Below are positions 13,301 through 25,000 of a stretch of DNA of 64,000 nt, piece by piece. The first letter of the stretch is position 1, and every line of letters begins with the position of its first letter. Location: the NCBI GenBank assembly GCA_002104905.1, contig MCFE01000397.1, forward strand, positions 17,806-81,805, given 5' to 3'. A program made the translations under genes and the position numbers. The notes beneath the pieces are model-generated. The model did not search any database. It saw only the letters and a program-made list of their open reading frames with translations, and was not told the DNA's origin. This DNA is from Basidiobolus meristosporus CBS 931.73 (lineage: Eukaryota > Fungi > Basidiobolomycota).

Positions 13301-15298
13301 AATGGCATGATCCATGTCTCTGACTGGTGGTAGGCTTACAAGCTCTTCTGGAAATATATTTGAATATTCCTTCAAATGAGTCTTGACCTTCTGGGGTACT
13401 GGAGTAGAGGAATTCTCCTGTAATACTGCCATGAAGAACATCTGGGTGCCTATTCTTAGTGCTCTACAGAACTGTTTCTTGCTAAGCTCACTTGTTTCAC
13501 GCACACTGGAATTGACCAAGTTAAAATCTAGTCTGGCAGATAATAGCTCATAGGTCTTGTTGTCCTCCTGGATCTGAGTAGCATGGGTTCTCCAGTTGAT
13601 CAGTGAATTACAACAAAATAGCCAGGTTTTCCCAAGTACAAGGTCTAACTTGCAGTTCCCACATATATAGGCCTGTAGCTCTTCTTCAGAGTCATTGATC
13701 TTCATCCTTACTGGCTAAGTGAAACAGTTGATTATGAGAGAGCTCTCATCAGCTGCTGAGACTGAAGTTGATTGGGTGGGTTCCAAGTTGATTCCAGCTT
13801 TCAAAGTAAATTGCTCCAACATGTACTCATGTGATGCTCCTGAGTCAATCATGATCTTGGCAGGTACTCCATTGATTACTCCATTCAAGTATAATAGCTT
13901 TCCTGCGTTTGAGATCTTCTGGGATTGGTATTCTTCTGTCATATGGAAGGTAAGTTCTGAGTCTTCTTCAAGCTCATCCTCCATGTTACTATGCTCTATG
14001 ACCTCAATATAGTTAAAGGTTCTTGATGGCTGGTGTCCATTTGTTCTCTGAGGGCAGTACTTTGCAATATGTCCCCGCTGGTGGCAGTTGAAGCAAAGCG
14101 CTTTCTTCTTACATTCTTCTGAGGCAGGATTCTTCTGCATAGCATCTATTTCCATTGGCACTGCTTCTGATTGTCTTCTTTCATAGTGATTGTAGCCTCT
14201 CTGATAAGTCATTGTGGGCTTCCCAACTCCAAACATAACTGATTCATAGTCAATGGCATTCTAGATGGCTTCTTCAATTGTGTGAGGTCTTTGATAATTC
14301 ACTTCCTTACAAGTTCTTTCTTTCAACCAATCAATAAAGTATTCAGCTTGATCCAGTGGGTCCATTCTTTCAATTTGCCCAAGTAGACATCTATATTCAT
14401 AGATGTACTCCTGGACCATTCCTTTCTGTCTGAGTGTCTTCAACTTTCTTCTTGGTGGTATCTGTTGGTGTGGGGACTCAAAGGCTTCCTGTATTTCCGG
14501 CACACACTCATCCCAGGTAGAGATGATAGAGCATCCCATCATGGTGGCTGACCTGATCTTGTTGTGGTACCACTGTAAAGCTGCACCTGCCAGGTAAGAG
14601 GCTGCATAATGTAACTTGCTTTCTGGAGCAATTCCCTTAGCCTTGAAAGTTTCTTCAGTCTGAAAGAGCCAAGTTCCCAGGTTTCATTGACTCTACCATG
14701 GTACTGGTTGACCATCACACTAAAGTTGCTCTTGACAGGGTTTTGCTGGCTTTGAGCCAAGGTAGTCATTCCTTGTTGCTGCTGGCCAAGGATCTGGAGT
14801 AACTGTTGCTTCTGGGCCTGGATTTGTTGCAGAGCATTCTTCTATTCTTGATTTTCCAACATCTTGAGGGAGGCTTCTTCTTTCTTCAGGAGCAATGTTT
14901 CTTGTTATTGCTGTTACCAGTGTTACAAGTATTGGTATAAGAGTTGTAGAGGAATAGGGAGTCTAGCTAGCATTGTATTCACTAGAACTTGAACTGATCT
15001 TTATTGAGGTTCCAGCAGCTCCTTATATACATTTTGCCAGATTAATTACTGACCAATTGTATTTCCTAATACAGTTTTGTGGCTGATGGCTCATTTGACT
15101 GCATCATCATCACCCAATAAAATCCTACTTAATATATCTATTTCTGTGTGATAAGGATCAGCTGATTCATTTGCTGACTAATGCTACTAATTTGATAGAT
15201 AATACTGATGTAGTAATATACTGATAACCTAAACATATAGCTAATTGATTTGACTAAAAACTGATCTAACTTAAGCATCAAAGCGGCAGATCATAACA
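10354..15298 (-). mobile_element. Ty3/Gypsy retrotransposon family G3 (no chromodomain), two LTRs, decayed gag-pol
   Basis: LTRs 10354-10722 and 14921-15298; TGG-type PBS TGGTAACAGCA at 14919-14909; PPT next to 10722; domain order gag (CFNCHQRGHIAKYC), PR (MIDSGAS), RT (YLDDVFI), RH, IN. Flanks differ, so no TSD. Confidence 0.9.
10715..14870 (-). pseudogene. G3 gag-pol pseudogene (several stops and frameshifts)
   Basis: ORF-track pieces 13715-14236, 12803-13705, 11960-12781, 11630-11944, 11287-11526, 11060-11353 and 10715-11023; start approximate. Confidence 0.8.
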
Positions 15299-15657
15299 CT
15301 TGGACCAGCTTGATGTATTTGCTAACCAAGATAACCCATGTTTAGTCTGTAAGTTCAAAAAGTCTCTATGTTGACTCAAGCAATCCCCTAGAGCATGGAA
15401 TTGCCAAATAGATTCTTATTTAGAATTTTTGAGCTTCAAAGTAAGTAATGCTGACTATAGTATATACTGTAAGCCAGATATGGCAAGTCCAGCTCTATTA
15501 GCTCTTAATATGGATTATCCTATTATAGCTGCTAATAACCTAGAAATATTGGAAATGACCAAATTGGACCTATCTAACAAGTTCAAGATGTCCAACCTAG
15601 GAGAACTTAGTTATGCTCAGGGATAAAGTCTCCATAGGCAAAAATACACATACTTTC

Positions 15658-16026
15658 TGTTGCAATTTAAGAAGTGATTTGGAAATAAGGAACTTATCAA
15701 GAAATAGTGATAATAGTTGAACTGTTGTTTATTCATAAAGAAGCTCAGTATTTATACCTTTGTAGAAGTAATACAGCTGCAACACTAAGTAGGGAGGGTT
15801 TCTCAATATTCAGGAGCATTCTGTAACAGTTTCAGGGTTAGTACATAATGTTTGGTAATAGTGCTAATTTGATCCTGACTATAGGGGAATAATCATAAGA
15901 TCATATATCTGGAGAAAGTGGCAAAGTTAAGGCAGTAAATGAGTCCTACAGTGACTAAGACTAGCCTAGAATTGTTAAGTAAATTTTTAGCTGCTGAATG
16001 ATACCAAATAGTCCAATATTTCAACA
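15658..16026 (-). repeat. C1 3' LTR
   Basis: TG...CA; the pol stop codon lies just inside it; PPT at 16027-16035. Confidence 0.95.
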
Positions 16027-19000
16027 CTCCCCCTCAACTAAATAATTTCTTAATCCCAATTTCTCTCTAAGGATCTCAAACTGTGGCCTAGCTAGTGGTT
16101 TTGTCAATATGTCTGCCACCATTTTGTCAGTTGGGCAGTAAACCAGCTCTACTAAGTTATTTTCTACAGCTTCCCTCACAAAGTGATGCTGTATATCAAT
16201 GTGCTTAGTTCTGGCATGATTAGTAGGATTTCTAGCTAATGAAATACAACTTTGATTATCCTTGTAAATACATGTTGGTTCACCTGAATTAAAACCTAAG
16301 TCTGTGAATAATTTTCGTAGCCATATAGCCTCCTTAGTTGCTTGACATGCAGCCATATATTTGGCTTCAGTTGTAGATAGTGCCACAGTTGGTTGTTTCT
16401 TGCAATTCCAAGTAATAGCTGCACCAGCATAAAGAAATACATAGCCTGTGGTAGAGCGTCTGTCAATCAAATCCCTACCCCAATCTGAATCACTATAACC
16501 ATCAAATTTTTGCCTATTAGCTGCTCCAGAGTATTCCAGTACCATATTTATGGTACCTTGTAGATATCTGAAAATCCGCTTAACTGCTGCAATTTGATCT
16601 GATCCATAACTCTGCATGAATTGACTGACTATTCCAACTGCTACTGCAATATCTGGACGTGTAGACACCATCAAGTACATTAGGCTACCAACCATTGATT
16701 GATAGGGAAAGTTTTGGTCCATATTTGAGCCGTTTTCATCTATAACTGGCTGAGATTTGCTTAATTTCAGGTTATTGTCCATAGGGGTTGCTGCAGGTTT
16801 GCAATTTTCCATTTTGAAGCGTCTAAGAATGTCCCTAATGTACTTAGACTGATTCAGCACAATTTTCTGCGTAGGTATGTCAAATTTGACCTCAATTCCA
16901 AGAAAATAGCTCAATTTTCCAAGATCTTTCATCTCAAACTTGCTGAAGAGATCTGATTTTGTCTGTTTAAGTGCCTCTTGATCACTTGTAGCTATAATTA
17001 GGTCGTCCACATAAAGAACTAGGATGATCACACCCTTTTTGAGCTGTTTCACATATATACTGTGATCTGCAGTGCTACGAGAGAACCCAATTTCCTCTAG
17101 ATATGTGTCAATCCTGTTATACCATGCTCTAGGTGCCTGCTCAAGCCCATACAACAATTTTCTAAGTTTGCACACCTTATGGGGGCTTTTTGGATCGGTA
17201 AAACCTTCTGGTTGCTCCATATATATAGTTTCTTGCAAATCCCCATTTAGAAAGGCTGTTTTGACGTCCATTTGGTGTAGATCTAGGCTGTGTACAGCTG
17301 CCAGGGCCAGAACTGTCCTAATAGAGTTAAACTTGGCAACCGGAGCAAATGTTTCCTTAAAGTCTAGTCCCTGGATCTGGGAATAGCCTTTAGCTACCAA
17401 TCTAGCCTTGTACTTATCAACGGCACCATTTGAGGTTATCTTGATCTTGTAGACCCATCTACATCCTATTGGCTTTCTCCCATTTGGTAAATCTACCAGT
17501 TCCCACGTTTTTGCCTTGATCAGTGATTGGTACTCCTCCTGCATGGCTTGGTGCCACTTAGTAGCATCTGGACCTTTCATTGCCTGTTCCAGATTCTGAG
17601 GTTTGGCACATAAGGCAAGATAAGCTTCTTCATGATCATTGGATGTCTGCCACCAGGATCCAGGGGCATTTCTTATTCTGGTAGATCTCCTAACTGGGAT
17701 AATCTGTTCTGATCTGGAACTGGTAGAAGTATCTTCCATCTCTGACTGGATTTGGTACGTATCTTCTTCATTTGTGTTGATTGCATCATCAGGCAGCTGG
17801 CCAATGATTTCTGTGGCTTTCGGATCTGAATTCTCCTCAAATACAACGTCCCTGCTCTTGATCAGCTTCTGAATTTTGCCATCATACACTCTATACCCTT
17901 TAGTATCTTCACAATACCCAAGAAAGATCCCTTTTCTACTCTTTGGTTCCAACTTTGAGCGTTTTTTGTCTCGGATGTGATAAAAAACATCACTGCCAAA
18001 GATCCTGAGGTGCTGGAGATCTGGTTTTTTGCCTGTATATGCTTCAAAGGGTGTAGAATCACGTAGTGCTGTTGTTGGGCATCTGTTCTTGATGTATACA
18101 GCGGTAGCAACAGATTCAGCCCAAAACTTGTAGTCCATTCCCTTATCATGTAGCATAGATCTTCCCATCTCTACTGTTGTTCTATTTGCACGTTCTGCTA
18201 CTCCATTTTGCTGTGGAGTATGAGGAACTGTGGTCTGTTGAAGTATACCAGTAGACAAGCAGTATTTTGCAAACTCCTTTGAGCAGTATTCTCCTCCATT
18301 GTCACTTCGTAGTACCTTCAATTTACACCCAGTTTGTGTTTCTGCCATGTTCTTGAAGTGCTTAAACGTCTCTAAAGCTTCATCCTTTGTTTTGAGAAAG
18401 TACACCCATGTATATCTTGTCTTGTCATCAATAAACGTCATAAAGTATCTCTTGGCTCCAAAGGACAGTGTTCTCATGGGGCCACATATGTCTGAGTGTA
18501 CAATAGCCAATATTTTGGTAGTATTGATGCCTTCTGAGCTCTTGAAACATTGCCTAGCTTGTTTGTCATATGAACATCCCTTACAAACATTCAATTTGAT
18601 CGGAATTGAGTATTTTAGGCCCAAAACAAGCTGATTTTTCACCAATTGGCTCATTTTCTGTTCCCCTATGTGTCCTAGCCTCCTATGCCACGTCTCCCAG
18701 TTGGTTTCATCAGTTTCAGCAATGTCAACATACTCAGGTACAATGATCTTGCATTGTAACTTGTATATATTGTGATCTCTGATTCCCGAAGCTAATTTTT
18801 GTCCATTTTCACTCAATATTGAGCAGCTCAGCTTAGTAAAAACAAATTTCAGTCCCTGAGTAGTTGCTTTACTGACTGAGAGTAGGTTCTTAGCTATTCC
18901 AGGTACATAGAGTACGTCAGTCAGTTTTGCTGTTGTTGCCCCTGAGTTATCACTCATATTTAGTTGTATAGACCCACTGGTGGTAGCTTCCAATGCAGAG

Positions 19001-19938
19001 TTATCTCCCAGATAAACCTTTCTTACGGGAATAGTCTTTAAGTTGCTGAACCAATCCTTTATACCACAAATATGCTGTGATGCTCCAGAGCCAATATACC
19101 ATTCATTACTTTGGTTACCTGCACTCTCTTGTACAGTGACAAATAGCTGTTCATCAGTAGTTATATGGTATGCCTGCTCTAGTTTCTGTTTTTCGTCTGC
19201 TTGTTTCTTCTTGCATTCTCTTGCCCAGTGTCCTGGCTTCTTACAGTAGTTACAGCAGCCAGGTTTTCTTTGGTTTTGTTGCTTTCCCTTCTTTTCTGTA
19301 TGCCTTTCTGAACTGAATAAAGCATTATCTTCAATTTTCTCTGCTTGGTCATTACGTCTGAGTTCTTCATGGAGAAGTCTTCCTTTGACATAGTCTAAAA
19401 TCAAGTTGTCTTCTCTGCTTTCAAAAGAAAGTATGAGTGGCTCATACTCGTCTGGTAGGCTGCAAAGCAGACAGAGTATCTTTTCTTCATCATCTACACC
19501 AGCATTAATACTGTAGAGTTCTTCTGCAAGTGTCTCCATTCTGGTAATGAGTTGTAGCATGTCATCATCTGGCTTTTTTCTCATGTTGAAGAACTTTTGT
19601 TTCAAATAAAGCTTGCTTGATACTGACTTTGCTCTAAAGATCTTCTCCAAGGATTCCCATGCTGCTTTGGCAGTATTTGAGGCATGGATTTGTCCAATGA
19701 AGGAGTCTTGCACATTGATGCATATTGCATTGAAGGCCTTTCTCTCCTTCTCTTGAAACTTCTCCAAATCTTCTGCTGTTCCTTTGGGCTCAACTTCCTT
19801 TCCTGCTACTATGTTCCAAAACTTTCTTTCCTCAAGGTGGATCTGCATCTTGATTCTCCAAAGTTTGTAGTTCTTCCCATCAAACCTCTCCTTTACAGGG
19901 AAGATGTTGGTATTGCTTTGTTTGCTGGTAGAAGTCAT
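16021..19938 (-). CDS. Copia gag-pol polyprotein, 1305 aa, open frame but catalytic substitutions in protease and RNase H
   Basis: Gag (FDGKNYKLW), zinc knuckle CNYCKKPGHWAREC, PR WYIGSGAS, HRRLGH, IN D-D-E (FIDDKT / SDNGGEY / NGVAER), RT ([15 protein letters not shown]), RH (YSDSDW, TEAKY, YKDNQ). Confidence 0.93.
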   Translation of the reverse strand: MTSTSKQSNTNIFPVKERFDGKNYKLWRIKMQIHLEERKFWNIVAGKEVEPKGTAEDLEKFQEKERKAFNAICINVQDSFIGQIHASNTAKAAWESLEKIFRAKSVSSKLYLKQKFFNMRKKPDDDMLQLITRMETLAEELYSINAGVDDEEKILCLLCSLPDEYEPLILSFESREDNLILDYVKGRLLHEELRRNDQAEKIEDNALFSSERHTEKKGKQQNQRKPGCCNYCKKPGHWARECKKKQADEKQKLEQAYHITTDEQLFVTVQESAGNQSNEWYIGSGASQHICGIKDWFSNLKTIPVRKVYLGDNSALEATTSGSIQLNMSDNSGATTAKLTDVLYVPGIAKNLLSVSKATTQGLKFVFTKLSCSILSENGQKLASGIRDHNIYKLQCKIIVPEYVDIAETDETNWETWHRRLGHIGEQKMSQLVKNQLVLGLKYSIPIKLNVCKGCSYDKQARQCFKSSEGINTTKILAIVHSDICGPMRTLSFGAKRYFMTFIDDKTRYTWVYFLKTKDEALETFKHFKNMAETQTGCKLKVLRSDNGGEYCSKEFAKYCLSTGILQQTTVPHTPQQNGVAERANRTTVEMGRSMLHDKGMDYKFWAESVATAVYIKNRCPTTALRDSTPFEAYTGKKPDLQHLRIFGSDVFYHIRDKKRSKLEPKSRKGIFLGYCEDTKGYRVYDGKIQKLIKSRDVVFEENSDPKATEIIGQLPDDAINTNEEDTYQIQSEMEDTSTSSRSEQIIPVRRSTRIRNAPGSWWQTSNDHEEAYLALCAKPQNLEQAMKGPDATKWHQAMQEEYQSLIKAKTWELVDLPNGRKPIGCRWVYKIKITSNGAVDKYKARLVAKGYSQIQGLDFKETFAPVAKFNSIRTVLALAAVHSLDLHQMDVKTAFLNGDLQETIYMEQPEGFTDPKSPHKVCKLRKLLYGLEQAPRAWYNRIDTYLEEIGFSRSTADHSIYVKQLKKGVIILVLYVDDLIIATSDQEALKQTKSDLFSKFEMKDLGKLSYFLGIEVKFDIPTQKIVLNQSKYIRDILRRFKMENCKPAATPMDNNLKLSKSQPVIDENGSNMDQNFPYQSMVGSLMYLMVSTRPDIAVAVGIVSQFMQSYGSDQIAAVKRIFRYLQGTINMVLEYSGAANRQKFDGYSDSDWGRDLIDRRSTTGYVFLYAGAAITWNCKKQPTVALSTTEAKYMAACQATKEAIWLRKLFTDLGFNSGEPTCIYKDNQSCISLARNPTNHARTKHIDIQHHFVREAVENNLVELVYCPTDKMVADILTKPLARPQFEILREKLGLRNYLVEGEC

Positions 19939-19962
19939 CTTTAGAATAGATTAAGGCAATCA

Positions 19963-19974
19963 GGGCTCATAACC
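19963..19974 (-). promoter_or_regulatory. C1 primer-binding site GGTTATGAGCCC (initiator tRNA-Met half-molecule type)
   Basis: Directly follows the 5' LTR; the same motif follows the C2 LTR at 46690-46701. Confidence 0.8.
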
Positions 19975-20343
19975 TGTTGCAATTTAAGAAGTGATTTGGA
20001 TATAAGGAACTTATCAAGAAATAGTGATAATAGTTAAACTGTTGTTTATTCATAAAGAAGCTCAGTATTTATACATTTGTAGAAGTAATACAGCTGCAAC
20101 ACTAAGTAGGGAGGGTTTCTCAATATTCAGGAGCATTCTGTAACAGTTTCAGGGTTAGTACATAATGTTTGGTAATAGTGCTAATTTGATCCTGATTATA
20201 GGGGAATAATCATAAGATCATATATCTGGCGAAAGTGACAAAGTTAAGGCAGTAAATGAGTCCTACAGTGACTAAGACTAGCCTAGAATTGTTAAGTAAA
20301 TTTTTAGCTGCTGAATGATACCAAATAGTCCAATATTTCAACA
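19975..20343 (-). repeat. C1 5' LTR
   Basis: TG...CA; ~98.4% identical to 15658-16026. Confidence 0.95.
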
Positions 20344-22079
20344 CTTTCACCCTAAGTCAAATCAAGTTTATTCAAGAAATACTAAAGATGTATCAAATGG
20401 AAGACTGTATACTGGCAGCTACCCCAATGTAGACAAACCTTAACATGGGCAAAACTCAACCAAGTCAAAAGGGCTTGGTGCCATATGAAAGCCCTGACTT
20501 TCCTTATCAATCTATGGCTGGCAGTCTAGTGTAAATGCTTGGAGCATGTCCAGATATCTCATATTCAGTGGGAGTTGTCAGCTAGCACAATTAGAACAAT
20601 GGATCTGATCATGTTGCAGGTGTTAAGCAGATTTTAAGATACCAAAAAGGAACTGCTATTATCTGCTGAAGGTACATCTATAATGATTCTGAACAGGATC
20701 TTGTGGGATACTCTGATGCTGATTGGGGACATATTTTAGGGACAAGGTATCCACCACAGCTTACACCTTTTGTTACTGTGAAGGAGCATTTTCATAGAAT
20801 TCAAGAGAGCAACCAGCTGTGGCACTTTCTACCACCTAGGCAGAGTATGTGGCAACCTATAAAGTGCGGTCATAGAAAGTATTCCATTACTGCAATTTCT
20901 CACCAAATATTGCACTCATTTCTTGTTCTTGCCTTTTGCTATTTTAACACACAAATGAAAGATCATGATTTTCTAACTTTGAAGAGCAACAACCCAAGAC
21001 CCTGACAAGAAATCCACCCAAGAGTATTATGTCATACAGAGCACTTAGTTGCCAACACATGTTTCAAATGACAGCTCATTTGAAGCAGTATTTTAGGAGT
21101 TATGATTAAAGGAGTCTAATAGCCACATATACTAGGCCTTCATTGCTGGGATTACTATGGTCACTTTGATTACATGTACCTCTTGAGCCAGCCAATTAGT
21201 TTGCATGAAGTCCTAACAGGTGCTGCACCTATGTGTAATCTGCACCACTGCAAATTTAGGTTTGTTTCTTGTGTGTTGCTTGCACATATGCCCAAAAACT
21301 TTGATCCTTCATAAATTTCACAAAAATGACTTCCCCAGCTGAGGGCCTAAAAGGGAGCCTCTCTTTCCAGAATCTCTGCACTACAGTTACAAGTTTAAGG
21401 CCTATGAGACTTGCCTTGTATCACTTGAGCTGTTGATTATTCTGACTTCACTTGGTACTATATCAATAAAGAGGCTGCAAAGCTTGCAAGAGTCCAGGCT
21501 AAGTTCAACAAGAAAACTACCACATTTCTGTTGGAGAAGTCCCTTCTAAAAAGCCCTTTTACTCTCAAGACACCCCTTGAGAGACCACTGCAAAAAGCCC
21601 CTTTACTCTAATGACTACAGTTTAGACACCACATTTGGTCTAAAGACCCTTTTTATAGCTCCTACACCACACTTCTTAAAGTTAATGGGGATTTCAAGGT
21701 TTCCATATTAGGAAATATACCCCAGAAGTGAGAGGATTTCAAAATAAGGAAGAGCTACTATCATAGTCAATATAGCCTAAAAGTCAACTGAAGGCCTTTT
21801 GGCTTAGTTTTTGTCTCAACAAAATCAATATTGTCTAAGCATAATTAAGAATTTAACAATTCCTTTCTGGTTTCTACTCAAGCCTATTTTATCTAGCATT
21901 CCCAAGAGCACCAAGCCTAGCCTGCATGACAAGTCAACGCTTTTGCATTTATAGTCAAACCCAGCTATATTCTAGTCCAGCATAGACCAGAATCTCTCTG
22001 ATAATATTTATACCACTCTCTGACAAATTAAGATCCTGCACTTAGCTGTCCCTTGGGTTCATTTAAACCAATAAAGAGC

Positions 22080-25000
22080 TTATTATGCTTTCTCTGGGAT
22101 ACAATGTTGTCACAGGAGAAGGATGCCCTCCTAAAAATGTTGGAGAGGAAGCCTTGAAGTACCAGAATAAAGTACAATGTGCCTTTAACTGCATTTGCCT
22201 GAAACTCAAATATAAATTGCTAGTTCAATGCTCAAGTGCAAGACCACCAAGAATGTTAGTAAGGTAATAGAAGATACATACCAGTCATATTCAGCTGTTG
22301 AGAAAATGAATTTTAGACAAAAATGCTTCAATACAAAGATGCAGGCAGGGAAAGTAGTGAAAAATCTAATTAACAGAATTACACTGCTGGTGGATGGAAT
22401 GAAATATATGGTCATACCAGCTACTGATGAGCATGTGATAGTTGTAGTAAGGGTCTTGAAGATATTGCTAGTGATTTGGGAGGGCAAGTAGATTCTGTGG
22501 TGTTCACTCAATGATATATTGAATGTGAAAGTAGTATTTATACTTTTACCTGTTCCTGGCATTACAAATATGTAGAATAGGTTAAGGAAGGTCCCAGGAA
22601 CATGTGTGCAAAGTTTGGGGCTGCTTAGACAACTTTGAGAATTTTGATGCTCTGGGTACCCGGTATTTTGGTGAGAATATCCCAAGTAATTCCAACAAGG
22701 AGTTTAGTCAGTATTCTCTAGGATTTGAAGGTAATGATTTAAGAGCTAAGCTAGGAGAATATTTAGGTAGAATTATGAATTTTTGCAAACTCACACTCAG
22801 CCAAATGTTCATACTGACTGGTCCTAATTTTGACCTAAGATATTGAAACTTGTCTCTAGCTAATGGCTTTGTAAATATAGCAGCAATCATTACATCTGAA
22901 GGATGGTAAACTAAGCTAACTAAGCTATTCTCTATAGCTTCACATATGAAATGATGTCTAATATCTATGTGTGTAGTTATAGCATGAGAAGTTGGACTTC
23001 TATCTGCTTGCATATATCCTTGAGTGTCTTGAAATAAAGTAATAGGCATTTTTTGACATTGGCCTTAATCTGTAAAAAGCTTTCTTGACCGCATTGCTTC
23101 TTTTGTAGCTTCACAGGCCACCATATACCTTAAATTAGGTATATGAAGAATTAAGAAAATCAAGCACAAATAAGAAAGAAGAAGAAAATGCTTCAATAAG
23201 CAATGATAACCAACAAGGGAGGTCCCTATGACCATACAAAGGCAACAGCAACCTGTTTTGTAACTACTGCAAAAGGAAAGGGCACACATCAGATGGGTGC
23301 TTCAAAAATAAAGATAGTCAGCAGAAAAAGCCTGAATATTGATATGCTACTACAACTGAAGATAGACTCTTCATATCTGCACTAAATATGACCACAAACA
23401 AGGATTCTCAGATGTGGTATATTGACTCTGGAGCATCTTGACACTTTACATACCAAAAAGAACTTTTTACCCAATGTCAAGAAATTCCAATCAACAAGGT
23501 TCTCATGGGTGACAATGGAACACTTGATGCAGTGCAAGATAAAACTATTCAAGTAAATCTTAGCAGCAGTGATGGAAGCAATACACTGACCTTTAAAGAA
23601 ATACTCTATGTACCAGAAATAGCCAAGAACCTACTATCTGTAGGCAAGGCCACAGCAGAGGGACTCAGCTTCAGCTTTGACAATTCTGGATGCAAGATTA
23701 CTAATCAAAATGGTGCCCATATTGCTTTAGGTATCAGAGATCAGAATCAATACAAGTTGACTTATATTCCAACAAATCTTGAAGTCAACATAAGCAACTT
23801 AAATGATGAAACACAAATACTTTGGCACAGGAGATTTGGACACATTAATTTTGATTATTTGCGCAAAATAATCAAAGATCAGTTAGTTTATGGAGTAAAA
23901 TTTATCCCCCAGCTAGTTTGGAGCACTGTGAAGCCTGCATATATGGGAAACAAGCCAGACAACTGTTCAAGAGCTCCGGGTTAATCAAAATTAAGAAAAA
24001 ATTAGATCTAATTCACTCAGATCTGTGTGGACCTATGCAAAATTTATCCCTAGGTGGGATGAAGTATTGAATTACTATTATTGATGACTATACAGGATAT
24101 ACATGGGTCAACTTCATGGAGAAAGAGGATAAAGCTCTGTCTAAGCTCAGGGAGTTCAAAGCCATGGAGGAGAGAGAAACTGGTGAGAAAATCAAGAAAA
24201 TATGGTCTGACAATGGTGGAGAATGTACCTCAAAACTCTTCATCCACTTCTGCAAAATTTATGTGATAAAGCAAAAGACTACTGTACCAAACTCCCCACA
24301 GCAAAATAGACTAGCAGAATGTGCTAACAGATCAAAAACTGATATGGCTAGATCTATGATCCATGAACTAAAATTATCCTATGATTTTTGGGCTAATCAG
24401 TTGCCACTGATGTATAACTTAAATATAGGAGTTATAACAAATTACTTTGTAATTCTATTCCACTTGAAGCATGATTTATAACAGAATACTTTGTGATTCT
24501 ACTCCATTTGAAGCATGGTATGAATACAGACCAAGTGCAGAACATCTAAAGATATTTAGGTGTAGAGCATATGCCAAGAAATTGCCCGGAAATCAGTCAA
24601 AATATGAGCCAAAATGTGTAAAATATATATTTTTGGGTTACTGCAATGAGAGTAAAGCATACACACTCTACAATACCAAAGCAAAGAAGCTAATCAAGTC
24701 CAGGGATGTGTTGTCAGATGAAAATTCAGAGTTCTCACAAAAATTGACTTCAGATGATGACAAAAATCTGATCTCAAGTCTACCAATTGTCAGGACTGAT
24801 TCAGAGCTAAACAATGAAAATTTTTTCACTCCAGTGGACTCTACAACCATGGTTTAGCCTGAGTAGTGCTCAGGAATATCCCAGAAGTGATCATTCCTGT
24901 AACAAATGCCTGGAGATCCAAATGCACAAGAAATAGCCCAAATTAGTATAATTATGAGGGTACAAACTTAGCCTATGCCTATTCAGTCCATATTTATGAG

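Larger units (their letters stand above)
15658..20343 (-). mobile_element. Full-length Ty1/Copia retrotransposon C1
   Basis: 369-bp LTRs with 6 differences; 5-bp TSD CTTTC at 15653-15657 and 20344-20348; PBS GGTTATGAGCCC; PPT GAGGGGGAG; single gag-pol ORF. Confidence 0.97.
15299..20870 (+). mobile_element. Decayed Copia family C2 RT/RNase H fragment that hosts the C1 element (own sequence 15299-15657 and 20344-~20870)
   Basis: Both flanks are collinear with 50040-50900; joined across TSD CTTTC. Confidence 0.75.

Noticed and set aside
15658-20343. C1 as an autonomous active element
   Set aside because: Protease Asp and RNase H Glu are substituted despite the open frame.
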